Below the pieces are notes generated by a model, which searched no databases, had not been told where the DNA came from, and worked only from the letters and a program-made list of their open reading frames with translations. A program made the translations under genes and the position numbers. This document shows positions 1 through 13,617 of a stretch of 57,696 nt of DNA, one piece after another (position 1 is the first letter of the stretch; every line of letters starts with the position of its first letter). The DNA is from Catajapyx aquilonaris (lineage: Eukaryota), in NCBI GenBank assembly GCA_000934665.2, contig JYFJ02002388.1:1-57696 (forward strand). The letters run 5' to 3'.

Positions 1-428
1 TATCTCTGAGACGAACGGTAATGTCAGGGGAAGAGATGAAAGTCGGAAAAAATTCGAGGTCTGTTCGAGAGTGGCGCCGCCTGGCCACCTGGCCAAGTTA
101 GGCGACGTTGGATAGAGCGCCGCCCTTCCCAACGGGCACTAGGGGAAGTTGGCTTCGGACACAACCAGATCCCCACAGATCCCCATACCCGCAGGCAACT
201 TATCCAAGTCGCCGTTGGGCAGGGCGGCGCTACTATCCAACGTCGCCTAACTTGGCCAGGTGGGCAGGCGGCGCCACTCTCGAACAGACCTCGAATTTTT
301 TCCGACTTTCATCTCTTCCCCTGACATTACCGTTCGTCTCAGAGATAAACGGATGGTATCACCGGAATCAGGATTTTTTGCATGATTTTTACAGATCAAC
401 TTGTATTTTGAGTGGAGTGTCCCTTTAA
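1..428. mobile_element. Palindromic non-autonomous DNA transposon (MITE), left end outside window, lying upstream of the NDUFB5 last exon (probably intronic)
   Basis: 1-~126 is nearly the perfect reverse complement of ~221-347 (TATCTCTGAGACGAACGGTAATGTCAGGGG.../...CCCCTGACATTACCGTTCGTCTCAGAGATA). The right arm runs on to GTGTCCCTTTAA, ending in TTAA at 425-428 (TTAA target, Kolobok/piggyBac style). Confidence 0.8.
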
Positions 429-846
429 GGCTCCCATGTGATTCCACAAAACGCAGGTTTCGCTGTAGTAGGAAGAGAGCTAATTGTCCTGAAGTCCTGA
501 GGCACTTCAGCTGCAAAACCATGCAAATGTCATATTAGGTGCTATCATATTCACAGAAGCATGTTAAGACAAATCCGCTTTAATTTTGTCCTTCAAGCAT
601 GCATTTCTGTCTTGAAAATGTACTGGTTGGGCCTCAGTAAGTCAGATATATTCCAGCAAAGAAGCTTTGAGTGCTGGTGAGGGAGGAAAAGACTTGCGAA
701 TAACACTTAATGTAATGCATTTCATTGCAAGAAAATAATGTTGAAGTTTCTATAAGCAGTAGCTGGTAATGTGCTCTTGTCCAATAAGTGTTTAGTTACC
801 AGAGAATTAGGGGAGATGAATTGACGCTTGTTGCTTCACCTTGCAG

Positions 847-1307
847 GTTCCCCGAGTTTGGGTGGTCATGGACCCCGCCTCATGACGATCACCGCCTCCC
901 GCTGGCAGTGGCACAAGTTCAAGGACCTCCTCCACTATTACGTGATGATGGGTGCCATACCTCTGACCCTGGTGGTGCTCTATGCCAACATATTCATTGG
1001 CCCTGCTCAACTGACGGAGATCCCTGAGGATTATGTTCCCAAGCATTGGGAATACTACCGCCACCCAATCACCCGTTTTATGGCCCGCTACGTCTACCCC
1101 TCCCCGCAGCAGGAGTATGAGAAGTACATGCACTTTCTGTATGAGGAAGATCAGAAGAAGAAGCTGCGCCTCCTGGAGAAGCAGATCAAGCAGAAGATGA
1201 GGGAACGTTCTGATTACCAAGCCTACTACTACCGTCCTATGTACGGGAAGTACCACCGGGCAGTCAAGGAGGAGGCTGACTACCTCAAGAGCATCCGTGG
1301 CGATTGA
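847..1307 (+). CDS. NDUFB5: NADH dehydrogenase 1 beta subcomplex subunit 5 (SGDH), terminal exon; 5' exon(s) not identified in window
   Basis: Translation SRWQWHKFKDLLHYYVMMGAIP...FIGPAQLTEIPEDYVPKHWEYYRHPITRFMARY matches recalled NDUFB5 motifs. Acceptor TTGCAG ends at 846; AATAAA at ~1388. Confidence 0.93.
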
Positions 1308-1501
1308 AATACCACGTCTTTTGCCGTTGTTATGTAGTCTTTTTTTGTTTGTACATACACGCAGTACCATCTAGTTGGAATGAAGTGGAATAAAATGAAT
1401 GCGACACATTTGAACCTGCCTTTCTAACACTCAACCAGTGTGACTCGAGGAGAAAACTGAATGGAGTTGTAGTCTGGCCTTTGGAATTCAAGTCACATGT
1501 G

Positions 1502-1666
1502 TACAGTCTTTTAAAGGAGTATCTTACCAGACCAGACCAGGAAATTAGCCTCCAACAGAGGTGCTGCCTCCCCCTGATGCAATAACTTGCACTCCCCCAG
1601 GCAGCACCTCTGTTGGAGGCTTATTTCTTCGTCTGGTCTGGTAAGATACTCCTTTAACAGAGTGTA
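1502..1666. mobile_element. ~165 bp hairpin MITE between the convergent 3' ends of NDUFB5 and PDE6D
   Basis: TTAAAGGAGTATCTTACCAGACCAGAC...GCCTCCAACAGAGGTGCTGCCT is mirrored by AGGCAGCACCTCTGTTGGAGGC...GTCTGGTCTGGTAAGATACTCCTTTAA; TA at both ends. Confidence 0.8.
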
Positions 1667-1943
1667 CTTACGACCTAATTTATTAACATAAATGAAACAA
1701 AGAGTTTGATCATTGTTTTTATTAAGCTAAAGCAAAGGCACTCGGAACCAGTGTCGGTGCAAAAAACGAGTTAAAATCTATAAAGGTTGTGGTCCGTATA
1801 CTGTGACGGCTTTTGCAGGTACTTCTTTTCTCTGCTCCCACCTCCCGATTCCATTCTGCCTGATTTTTCGTTGAGATCCATGTAAAGCATTTACACCAAA
1901 AAAATGTGCACATCACATTGACCACCACATTAAACAAGTGCAG

Positions 1944-2988
<1,045 letters not shown>

Positions 2989-3378
2989 CTTTTTTCCCCC
3001 CTCTGTATGCCAAAGTCTTCTGAACCCAACGCACTACCCGTCCAACATCACCCTAAACCGCACCCAACGCTGGATCTTCCCCCCCGCAAAATAAAAACCT
3101 GCGACGAAAACCACAAACGAAGAGGTCAAACGACAGCCATCTTTTGGTTTTCGAGAAATCAACACTGTTCGATTTTATTGGGCCAGGGTTGCCAACCCGG
3201 CGGAGCAGTGCTGCCAACCAGCTTGGAGATTGGAAGTAGCGCTCGTGGTTTCGATAGTATCATTTTCAAGGTTAGGGTCGGAAACGTATGATGTTGGGAT
3301 AAATTCCAAGTGTCTTTTTTTTTTTTACAACTTGCGCACGTTCATTTACCGACAGAGAACAACATAGGCGACAGTGCC
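2989..3378. promoter_or_regulatory. Putative bidirectional promoter/5'UTR region of PDE6D and MMADHC
   Basis: Divergent start codons only 390 bp apart. Confidence 0.6.
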
Positions 3379-4967
3379 ATGGCGGCTAGGGTACTGTCTG
3401 ATGGGGGGAGGAATAATGGGTACGTTGGTTAATTACATTAATTGAGTATGTGTGCATTGCAGCAGCTGCTGGTGGGCAAGGGTAAGGTGGTGCTGTATGG
3501 TCGAGGGCTGCAGGCATTTGCACGACACCTCAGGTGCTTCTCTAGCAGCAGTGGGAGCGACAAGCAGGTCAAGGCGCAGGCACTGGATGAGTACGAAGGT
3601 ATCGTATGTCACAGATGCGACAAACAACATATAAACGATTCAAGAAATGTTCCAGACAATTCACCCACCGTATCTTTCAGAGCGGAACACTATTTGGCCC
3701 GACCCAAATCTGGGTCTGTTTGGCCCGCAGGACCGCCGCTTGACCCTCCCTGGCAATATAGGGTTCGGCCAGCATCTTCATCCAGCTCAGCCATTATCCT
3801 TGAGTTCCACTCCGCCTAAGCATGATGGAGCGCAGCGGCTGGAAGAGCTGGCGTCCCTCTCTGGATACGAGAGACAAGCGACGGTCATGACTCAAGTGGC
3901 TCAGGCTGGAGATGAGGAGGCTTTCATGGAGGGTGATCTCTTTCAGGTGCACATTACTGTACTTTAATTGATATATTGTGAAATGCACTGTACTCCCAAT
4001 TATCCGGTGCGGATTGTCAGTGCATGGGTAAAACAACGAAAAGTCAGAAAAAAATGTCAATTTGTCTCGCAAACAAACGAATATAACTGACTATTTCCAG
4101 TAGACAAACTAAAAATCCATGGGAATTTTCCTAATTTTGATGAAATCTTATTTAAAGAGTAATGCAATATATAATGTAAAGTCGTTCATTGAAAACCTGT
4201 GAATACCTCATTCTGCAGTATATAGGACCATTTTCCAATTATCCGGCGATACCCGTGCATCCATTAGCCTGGATAATCGGGAGTACAGAGTATGTACTAT
4301 GGAACTATGCAGTGCTTTTCTAACACATCTTGGCTAGGAGCTGGAATCACCTACGTTTAACCTGGAATGTGTGATTCAAATCTGCCCTGAGCTGCTGAGG
4401 CGTGATCTGTGCAGCTTGTTCCCAGGCGTGGAGTCAAACAGTGCGAGCAACCTGACTGTGATTACTCTCAGCCAGCATACTGAGAATGATATGTCGGGTT
4501 GGAGTCCGGCGGTGGAGGACGAGAGGGAGGCACTGACCAGCTGTTTCGTGGCTGTGGCCAAGCAGTTGTGTCAGCGCCTGCAGCAAGACGGTTTCTGGGT
4601 TGACTTTATAGACCCAAGTAGTGGGAGGCCGTACCTGGGACCTTATACCAATGCGACTCTCTTCGAGACAGACGAGAGGTACAGGAAGCTGGGGTTCCAG
4701 ATAGAGGATCTTGGGTGCTGCAAGGTTATACGGCACCACAAGTGGGGAACAAAGGCATTTGTGGGTAAGTGTCTTTTTATTTGTTTGTGAAAGGTCTTAT
4801 GCAGTGGTGACATGTATTGCTAGAATTAAGACGGTTGAATAATAAAATCACTACTGGTTTTCATTTTCTTTTCAGGGAGCATCTTTACCGATGCACCACC
4901 AGGGAGTGAGCTCATCAGCTCCTTGCTAAAGCAATGTAGCTACTCAGTCGATGTCAAAGATTCATAA
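3379..4967 (+). CDS. MMADHC: Cobalamin trafficking protein CblD, ~5 exons (3379-3390, ~3463-3598, 3681-3946, 4338-4764, 4876-4967)
   Basis: Motifs [25 protein letters not shown] and [65 protein letters not shown]. The N-terminus is Arg-rich, like a mitochondrial presequence. Confidence 0.95.
3986..4290. mobile_element. MITE (pogo/Tc1-like) in an MMADHC intron
   Basis: Terminal inverted repeats CTGTACTCCCAATTATCC / GGATAATCGGGAGTACAG. Confidence 0.7.
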
Positions 4968-5397
4968 TCCTGGCTTCACTTAAGCACATTTTTTAGGTTT
5001 TTTTTTTTGTGAGCAGTCTCAGTATACTTACTGTGTGTGTATTTATTTGAGACTAGAACATCTGGAAATTATTTTAAATTTAGGAGTGATTATGCCACTA
5101 CTCCTGCTTAGGAGATGTATAAAACTGCACTCTGGTGTATTAAATGCTTCGTCTGTGGATATATGACCCAGGTGACTTTCAATGAATTACTGGTGAATAA
5201 TTCTTAAGGAAGCTTAGATGATGGTAATGATGATTGTGATAATAACAATACCAGTCCAAGTTGATTTGGAAGCTGAAATTTTTCATATATGTCGTAAGGT
5301 AACAAATTGCAATAAGTTCAAAATTTGAGGGGGTTTTGATTCTTATTGCACCGTTTTATTTCCAATTAGCTGTTTAAAAATTCATACTGGATATGAA

Positions 5398-7223
5398 TTA
5401 CGTCCAGGGAAGCTTGTTAAGATATCTGTTCATCATCTCGTAGGACCATTTTGGCTGATCATGCACCACAATGTGGCCAGAATTTCTCACCACTACATAG
5501 GTAAGATTGTCAGCAAATGTGACATGACCTGCGTTGGCTCCATCAACCCTCCATACTGATGGGACAGCATCCCTGAATTTTTGGACACCTGGCCAGTTCA
5601 ACTGTTTCAGAAAGTACGGAAGATGAGTGTGGACAAATGTTATGTCCATGTTTCCGTGATAGATAAGTATTGGTAAACTGCTGTTGAGGATTTCTTCCAT
5701 TAGGTTCTGGATTCCGCTGACCAGGTCACGAGACATGTACTCTCCAACCGCCTGTGCTGCACCATAGAAAGTCTTGAATGTTTCGTTGCCTGCATGTAGT
5801 GAGCGCCGAGCATGTTTCAGCTGGACAAACTCCTCGTAATAAAAGTAATCACCAGGGGCTTTTTCCAGGGGAAGGAAGTCTGCTGTTTTATCATATCCAG
5901 CCACTTCCATAAAACGGTCACTCATTTGCCGTGCAATCTAAAAGCATCAGGATGTTAATTCCAATTATTCTCTTTGACAGACCAATATATCTCACCATTG
6001 CTGCTGCTGAAAGGTTTCCTTTCTTGTACTCTTCCAGAACCATAGCATACTGTTGCCTTCCCCAGTCTCGAGTGTTCTTGTCGATGAAGTTGACCTGGTA
6101 ATAGAAGTCACCTTTGTCTACCATTGCAATTGGGTCGACGAAACCACTGGCGATGACTATCCCTTTAAAGTTGATGTTTGCTCCAGCTTTGTTTTCATGA
6201 AGGATGCGCTGAGAAAGTGCAGCCGAACATTTGCCTGTCAACAAATATAAATCAATGTTCAGGCGGACTTGATTATAATCTAATGCATACCTCCAAATGA
6301 AATTCCCGCAACATAGAAATCGTTGTCTTTATACATGGGAAAGAGGGTGAAAAACTGGGTCAAGGCATGGAACAAATCTGTGGTTGATTGGGTCACGTTG
6401 GTAGCATATCCCCTCTCATCTCGGGTGAAGCTGAAACCACTTCCCACTGGTTGGTCGATGTAAATCATGTTGAACATTTTGGTCCAAGATGTTTTTCTTT
6501 TTTCCAACTTCAGGTTCTTGTTCACCTTGAAAGGACCATGCTGGACAAACGCACCGAAGAACCCATTTTCACCAGGTCCACCTTCCAACCAAATCATAAC
6601 TGGTGCTTTCTCATGATTTTTCTACAACATGAAACAAGACAAGCATGAGTTATAATACTAATAATACAGTAATATTTACCTCGCTTTCAATATCAGTGGA
6701 ATTATGTGATTCACCCACTTCAATCATTGTCTTTTTTTGCAGATTATTACATGATTATGAAGGACTATATAATTACTTCAGCAGGGAAGAACCAGAAGAA
6801 GAGATTGGACTGGTACTCCTCGTTGATGGTCAGGTATCCGGAGAAGCTCTTCACTTTTTCCGAGTGCATCCTGCGTACTCTGGCCAACTCTCTTCCTTCT
6901 TGGACACGACCAGATTCAATGTACGGAGTGAGGAAAAGATGTTCCAATTCTTCCAGGTCATTCTCAGAGTCCGCTTGCACCTGTCCACCTACGGTGCTCC
7001 CCAGTTGTCCTTGGAGAGGTCCTGCCGCAGCATGGCTACCTGCACTGTTACTCGATGTCACAACAGTGACGGCACATAACAAACCGACTGTTACCAGCAA
7101 GCCCATTCCTAATGCTATACCAGGTCTAGTCGAAATGACAGTGCGACGCTGTGAGGAGGTCCCTAATATAGGGGCTGTCTCCATCTGCTCCAGGATGAAG
7201 TCATCACTGCGTTTCATTGGCAT
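5398..7223 (-). CDS. Serine carboxypeptidase S10 (CPVL-like) copy 1, with a possible type II membrane anchor
   Basis: Exons with [44 protein letters not shown], nucleophile GISFGG, Asp in GNMDI and His in RNSGHIVVHDQP. GT-AG junctions are in frame. Confidence 0.92.
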
Positions 7224-7828
7224 TGTAGGTGTCGATATGTCAAGGAATCAAAGGAGAGTTGTGAGTGCGATATCATTACTGATAGATAGCCGACTGGGAC
7301 TTTGACTTGTGTTGTTAATTCCAGCTGCCAAACAGATTAGTTGTACAGTACTTAATCTTTGAGAATATGTCAAGAGATTACTGGAAGTTGTGGGTTTTGT
7401 GTGCAGGGTTCAAATGCGGGTATGGAAATTTCACAGATAATAAACCGACAACTGCATGGGTAAGGGATGTAAGTGCTGCAGAAAGGGATAATATTTTATG
7501 CACTATGAGATGTCTCTAATCTGGGATCAGCTGTTTATCTTCTCAGGCATGTTGCATAAGTTGTCGCGATAGGTTCATAATCGCAATTTTATAAGTGGAT
7601 GCTTGTTACCAGTTACAGTACTGTCACCCAGTGAGGCCTATACATGTGGTTAGCAACTCCCCAAAAAAGTGTACACCAGATCCTGGAACCAAGCCGGTTT
7701 GCACCACCAGGAAATAAATATCCGTAGTCATCGATTTAGGAGTAAACAATTTCCAAATACAAGTGTCAATGAATAAATGTCAAGTGTTCAGAAGGGCTGT
7801 TACATAACTGCTACGTACGATGCACTTG

Positions 7829-7830
<2 letters not shown>

Positions 7831-7874
<44 letters not shown>
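7831..7874. repeat. (TC)n microsatellite
   Basis: About 22 TC units. Confidence 0.97.
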
Positions 7875-7876
<2 letters not shown>

Positions 7877-7988
7877 CTGGGCTATTAATCACATTTAGGT
7901 TGATGACAGCACACAATCGGAACACAGTGTTGGATAAATAGTTATATTTTTTCTTTGGTAAAATTCTTACAGCAATGTAATTTTCATT

Positions 7989-9694
7989 TTATTTGCAGCT
8001 TTGTTCCGTTTCGTTTACATTCATGGCAACCTGCAGACTATACACGAATACTTTCAAAATCTCAAAGGACCACTCCGGCTGGTCATACACCACACAGTGT
8101 CCCGAATTTCTTACAATCGCGTACACCAGAGTATCAGTGAAGACGACACGACCTGCGAGTTCTCCATTCACTCTCCACACAGCCGGCATTGTTTCCTTCA
8201 ATATCTTCGCTCCTGACCAGTTTAAAGTTCTCAGATAGGGAAGCAGGTGTTCATTAGCCAATGTAATGTCCATATTCCCATGGAAAAGTAGGACTGGAAC
8301 TTCGGTGTTGAGGATTTCTTCCATGAGTTCCTTTATTCCGTTGATCAAGTCCGAAACCATGTAGGTAGTGACCATCGTACCCCCAGGACCATAGTATGGA
8401 TTGAAAGTCTCGTTACCAACGTGTAGTGAACTTCGCGTAGAGTATTTCTGTACAAACTCCTGGTAATAAAAGTAGTCGTGTGGTGCTGTCTCCAGTGGTA
8501 GGGAATCTGCTGTTTTATGGTATCCAGCCACTTCCGCAATGCGAGAATTCATATCTAGTGCCATCTGGAAGAGTCACGTTGTCATTGTAATTTTTTGAGC
8601 AGTAATTGGGCTTACCATTGCAGCTCCTGCGGTGTTTCCTTTCTTGTACTCTTCACGAACCATAGCATACTGTTCTTTTCCCCAGTCTAGGGTGTCTTTG
8701 TCTATTAGGCCTACCTGATATAAATAGTCACTCTTATCCACCATAGCAATTGGGTCGATGAATCCACTGGCAATGATCATTCCTTTTAGATTGATGTCTG
8801 TTCCCAATTCCCTTTCTCTGATGATGCGCTGAGCAAGGCCAGCAGCAAATTTACCTGTAAAAAAAAAGGGCGCTGGCACAATCTCACCCAACCTGGCACA
8901 ATCTCACCCCAATTGACTGCACCTTCGAATTTCTAATAAAGCAATTTGGCAAATTAAAACGCCAATCAGTACAAAATGGCATTCACAAAAATAAAACTCA
9001 CCTCCGTACGATATACCTGCCACATAAAAATCGTTTCCTCTGTACTCGGGGAAGAGGACTAAAAATTGGGTCAAAGCAAGGTACAAATCATCGGTTGATT
9101 CTGTCAGATTTGTGGCGTAACCCTTAGTTGATTTGGTGAAGCTGTAACCGCTTCCAACTGGTTGGTCGATGTAAAGCATGTTGAACAGTTTGGTCCATGA
9201 CGTTTTCCTCGATTCTAATTGCATCTTCGCATTTACTTTGAAAGGCCCGTGCAGCACAAACACCGCGAACAATCCGGATTCACCAGGTCCACCTTCCAGC
9301 CAGATCATAAGCGGTGCTTCTTCGTGTCTTATCTATAAATGGAAATTACTGGAAACAGTTAAACTGCAATTCATTATAGCTTAACTCCTAGATCTCAGTT
9401 TAAAACTCTTGATTTAATATATAAGGAAATTATTACTTCGGCTCGGAAGAACCAGAAGAAGAGATTAGATTGGTATTCCTCGTTGACGGTCAAGTATCCT
9501 GAGAAGCTCTTCAGTTTGGAAGAATGCAACTTTCTCACCCTGGACTTCTGTCGTCCTTCTAGGGCACGGCCAGAGAGGATGAATGGGGTGAGGAAGAGTG
9601 GTCTCAAGTCTTGGAACACTTTCGATGGATTACAATCCGAGACAGCATTATTGGTGGGTCTACAACACGAGGAGATCGTCGATAGAAAACCCAT
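7989..9694 (-). CDS. Serine carboxypeptidase S10 copy 2 (start uncertain)
   Basis: WLEGGPGE, GISYGG, GNMDI, RNSGHCVVYDQP; same exon structure as copy 1. The nearest in-frame ATG is at 9694 and lacks a clear signal peptide. Confidence 0.87.
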
Positions 9695-10348
9695 CGCTGT
9701 GGCTGTTATGATGGGCCTGGTCTGTAGGACAGTCCGGAGATGACGGGAAGATTTTGAGATAACATGTGCTGACTGAGTATAATATCGCTCGGCGGCAACA
9801 ATGGGTGGAAATGACAGTAAGTATGGAAACCAATACACTTTCGATTTGGTTTTTAAAAGCGGCAACAGGTATAGAAGAAAATATATTGAACAAGCTCATG
9901 TCTGAAGTCATGTGATGAGTACACCTGCTATAATCATATTATATCAGGTGTATACATACCATGCGAGAATGAACATTAACCAACAGTAACATTACCAGAG
10001 CCATTTGTTAGATTAATATCTTGGTAACTAATTCAGTTTTAATGGGAGTAAGGGACAAGGAATAAGCTACAAATTAATATTGCCATTTAGTCGATGCCGT
10101 CTTGTCACATATAATTTTATTGCTCCATGAATAATTGTACTGTATACTATTTGGCAAGGTTGATTTCTGGACTTGAGAATGATTCTTTTCAGTGAAATAT
10201 ATTGTGACACATCTATACAGGACTAGCAAATTGACCAGATGCGTTATTCTTTGGTAAATAATTTCCGTAGGTAATCAAGATTATTTAACACTGCAATGTG
10301 GTATGATTACTGATGGATTTGCATTTACCTGGTATTTTTTATTGGCAC

Positions 10349-12160
10349 TTAGTAATACTGCGTTAGAGTTCCATCAAGGAACTCTCCACGCAGAAACCTT
10401 CTCACCGTATGAAAGGACCATTCCGGCTGATCGTGCACCACAATATGACCAGCATTTCTTAGAAGTACATGTACTACATTGTCGGCAACTGTGACATGAC
10501 CTGCATTATCTCCATTTACCACACACACGGATGGCACTGTTCCCCTGAATATTTTTGCGCCCGGCCAGTTCAATTTTTTGAGATAGGACGGTAGGTGCTC
10601 GGGAGCTATAGAAATGTCCATATTTCCATTCAAAAACAAGATTGGAAGAGAAGGGGCGTTCAGGATATCTTCCATTATCTCTTGGATGTCGTTGATCATG
10701 TCAAAAATCATATGCTGGATGACCACTTGCCCTCCACCGTAATAAGTGTTGAATGTCTGTTTGCCAACGTGTAGTGAGCGTCGAGCTGGGATTTTCTGAA
10801 CAAACTCCTCGTAATAAAAGTAGTCGTCAGGTGCTTTAGCCAGTAGAAGGGAATCTGCCGTTTCTTTATATCCAGCTACGTCAAGAAAACGAGAATTCAT
10901 TCCCAGAGCAATCTGGAAGTATCAAGAGGACATTATCAATAATATCACTGTTGCATATGGATAGATAAGTGCATCTCACCATTCCGGCTGCCATGAGGTT
11001 TCCATTGTTGTACTCCTCCAGAAGAATTTCATATTGTTCCTTCCCCCAGCTTAGAGTGATGTTGCCTATTAAGCCAACTTGGTAGTAGTAATCACTGTTG
11101 TCCACCATTGCAACTGGGTCGATGAAGCCACTGGCGATAATTACCCCTTTCAGGTTTATGTTTGCTCCCGATTCGTTTTCTCTGATGATGTGCTGGGTCA
11201 GTGCAGCCGCAAATTTGCCTACAAATAAGCACAGTATTTAGCAAATAAGGCCTGGTTGCTGTTGATTGTGACATTCAGTTACTGTTTGCTGTTATCTTAT
11301 TTTACTATCAGCTCATATTAAATGTTTTCTCATTGTACTTCATCCTGGTGATAATAACCCACATCAGGGATAAAAACAGATGCTTCGCTGCTTATGAATA
11401 GTATAATTATGCAACATATTGCTTACCTCCATACGAAATTCCTGCCACATAGAAATCGTTTGCTTGAAATATGGGGAAGAGGGTAAAAAACTGCATCAAT
11501 GCGTCATAAAGATCTCTAGTTGATTGTGTCAGGTTCCTGGCATAACCCCTGTCGTCTCTGGTGAAACTGTAACCGCTTCCCACTGGTTGGTCGATATACA
11601 GCATGTTGAACATTTTGGTCCACGAGTGTCTCCTGGACTCCAGTTTGAGCCTCTTGTTTAACTTGAATGGACCGTTCTGTACAAACACCCCGTAGAACCC
11701 AGGTTCGCCAGGTCCACCTTCCAACCAAATCATAAGCGGCGCATTTTCATGTCCTTTCTGAAATAGCAAGGAGACATTGCTGCTAGAGTGGACCAATGTC
11801 AGGGCAACATGCGTTATCTTCAAAACTGATGTGAATATTTGGTAGCGTAATAGTTACTTCTGCTAGGAAGAACCAGAAGAAAAGATTGGACTGGTACTCC
11901 TCGTTGACGGTCAGATATCCGGAGAAGCTCTTCACGTTTTCCGAGGGGAACCTTCGCACCCTGGCCTTCTGTCGTCCTTCTTCGACCCGGCCAGATTGGA
12001 TATACTGGGTGAGAAAGAGGGGTCGCAGGGAATTGTCGTCGTTGGCCTGTTGCACTGGTTCACCACCGAGTTCTTGGGCAACATGTTTGTGGGATCTGCC
12101 ATGGGTCGTCGCCATAAAAGTAAGGGCACACAACAATAAAACAGCTAGCCACGAATTCAT
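10349..12160 (-). CDS. Serine carboxypeptidase S10 copy 3, secreted
   Basis: Signal peptide MNSWLAVLLLCALTFMATTHG; WLEGGPGE, GISYGG, GNMDI, RNAGHIVVHDQP. Confidence 0.92.
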
Positions 12161-13617
12161 TTCTGTATGTGTGCTCAGTTTGGTCTGATGGCCCGACGAC
12201 GAGAGGCGGTTCCTGATATAGCATAAATAGGCCTACATTGTATGCAGAGGTGTTGCCGCATAGTGGCCGATAGTAAGCTTTTATATGCCACTTCGAATCA
12301 GGAAACTGAATTCTGTGAAAACATAAACGAAAAGCAGACACCGCTACGCTGCGCTGGTGAGGACTTGAAGAAAATTACTGTATACTGTACTCTATGTATT
12401 ACTCAGGTAAAAGCTAGCACTTTTGGAAGGTAGGTTATGCCATTGTGTGCCATTCACCTATAGACGCTGACCTTCAACTTGGGGTAACGCAAAACTCAAG
12501 GCAAAACTGCTTCTGTGTTAACATTCTAAACACGGCCAAACGTCATTTATCGTTGAAGTTGATCGTGTAAGGCAGGCTCCTATAGGCCAATAAATCATTA
12601 TACCATTGGAAGTATTAAATCATGGGGCATTATGATGACCCAGTGGATAGGAAGAGTACTCCACAACTCTTATAAGCCAATACATACTGGTATTGCTGCT
12701 AATGCAAGATCTGATCTTGAAAGCTTTATTTGTTTGTTGAAGCCACATAAGCACTCTGCTTTCAACCTTTCACATTACAAGTGCACTGATGACGTCCTTT
12801 GCAGATCATCTTATCTTATAAAAAATTGCACAGATGAATACAACTGTAGATAAAGCAAACCTCCCCTTTTTCATAAAAGCAAGTTAGGGGAGTTGGCACT
12901 TTATAGCATTCGAGGGTTTATTATTCTTGTAAACAGTCATGCTAATGGGGACCAACACTGATACCGCAAGAGAAGAATCAGCTTTTGCTCAAATAATGAC
13001 TGATTTCCTCACATTTTAAGCGGCCTCTGTTGTGTATACTAACCGACGTGTCTGGATTTTTAAAGATTCTTATCAAGACCATATTCATGACCATCATCCG
13101 ACCTTCCTCTCTTTATCTCACAAGTCGCACATCGGTAATCAAAATGTGTCGCAAGAATGGATGGGATTGTCTGGGATTTCATCCACCTACAGTACCTGTC
13201 GCCTCTAGTCAGATAATTTTGTGTATGTGCTTACGCATTAGGATATTTACGCCATTTATTACACAACCAATGAACCCCTTACCAAAACTTGCCAAAGCTT
13301 TCCGGGCCCCCGACTGTCCACGTAGTGCCATACCCACGGGTATAGGCTACATATGTCTCTCTGCACACCACTGCCATTGTCAGGGTCGTGCGGGGGAAAG
13401 CGGTACCGGTACTACATATGAACGAGCTGATGACTCACCGCAGACAAACAGAGATCTGGAGGCACACAGCACTCAAGCCAATTATTCTATAGCATATACT
13501 GATGCATTTTGAAACAATTTATTTGAGACCTGAAATTATGAACAATCAAAGGTTTGAAATATTTACGAAGGAATGAAGTGTAACCATGCAGCCTGCACAT
13601 TTTTATTGAAGTGTTGT

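Noticed and set aside
108..522. ORFs 108..428 (+) and 247..522 (-)
   Set aside because: They lie in a palindromic MITE and have no recognisable protein motifs.
8872..8912. Tandem duplication CTGGCACAATCTCACCC x2
   Set aside because: Trivial intronic slippage; the splice acceptor remains intact.
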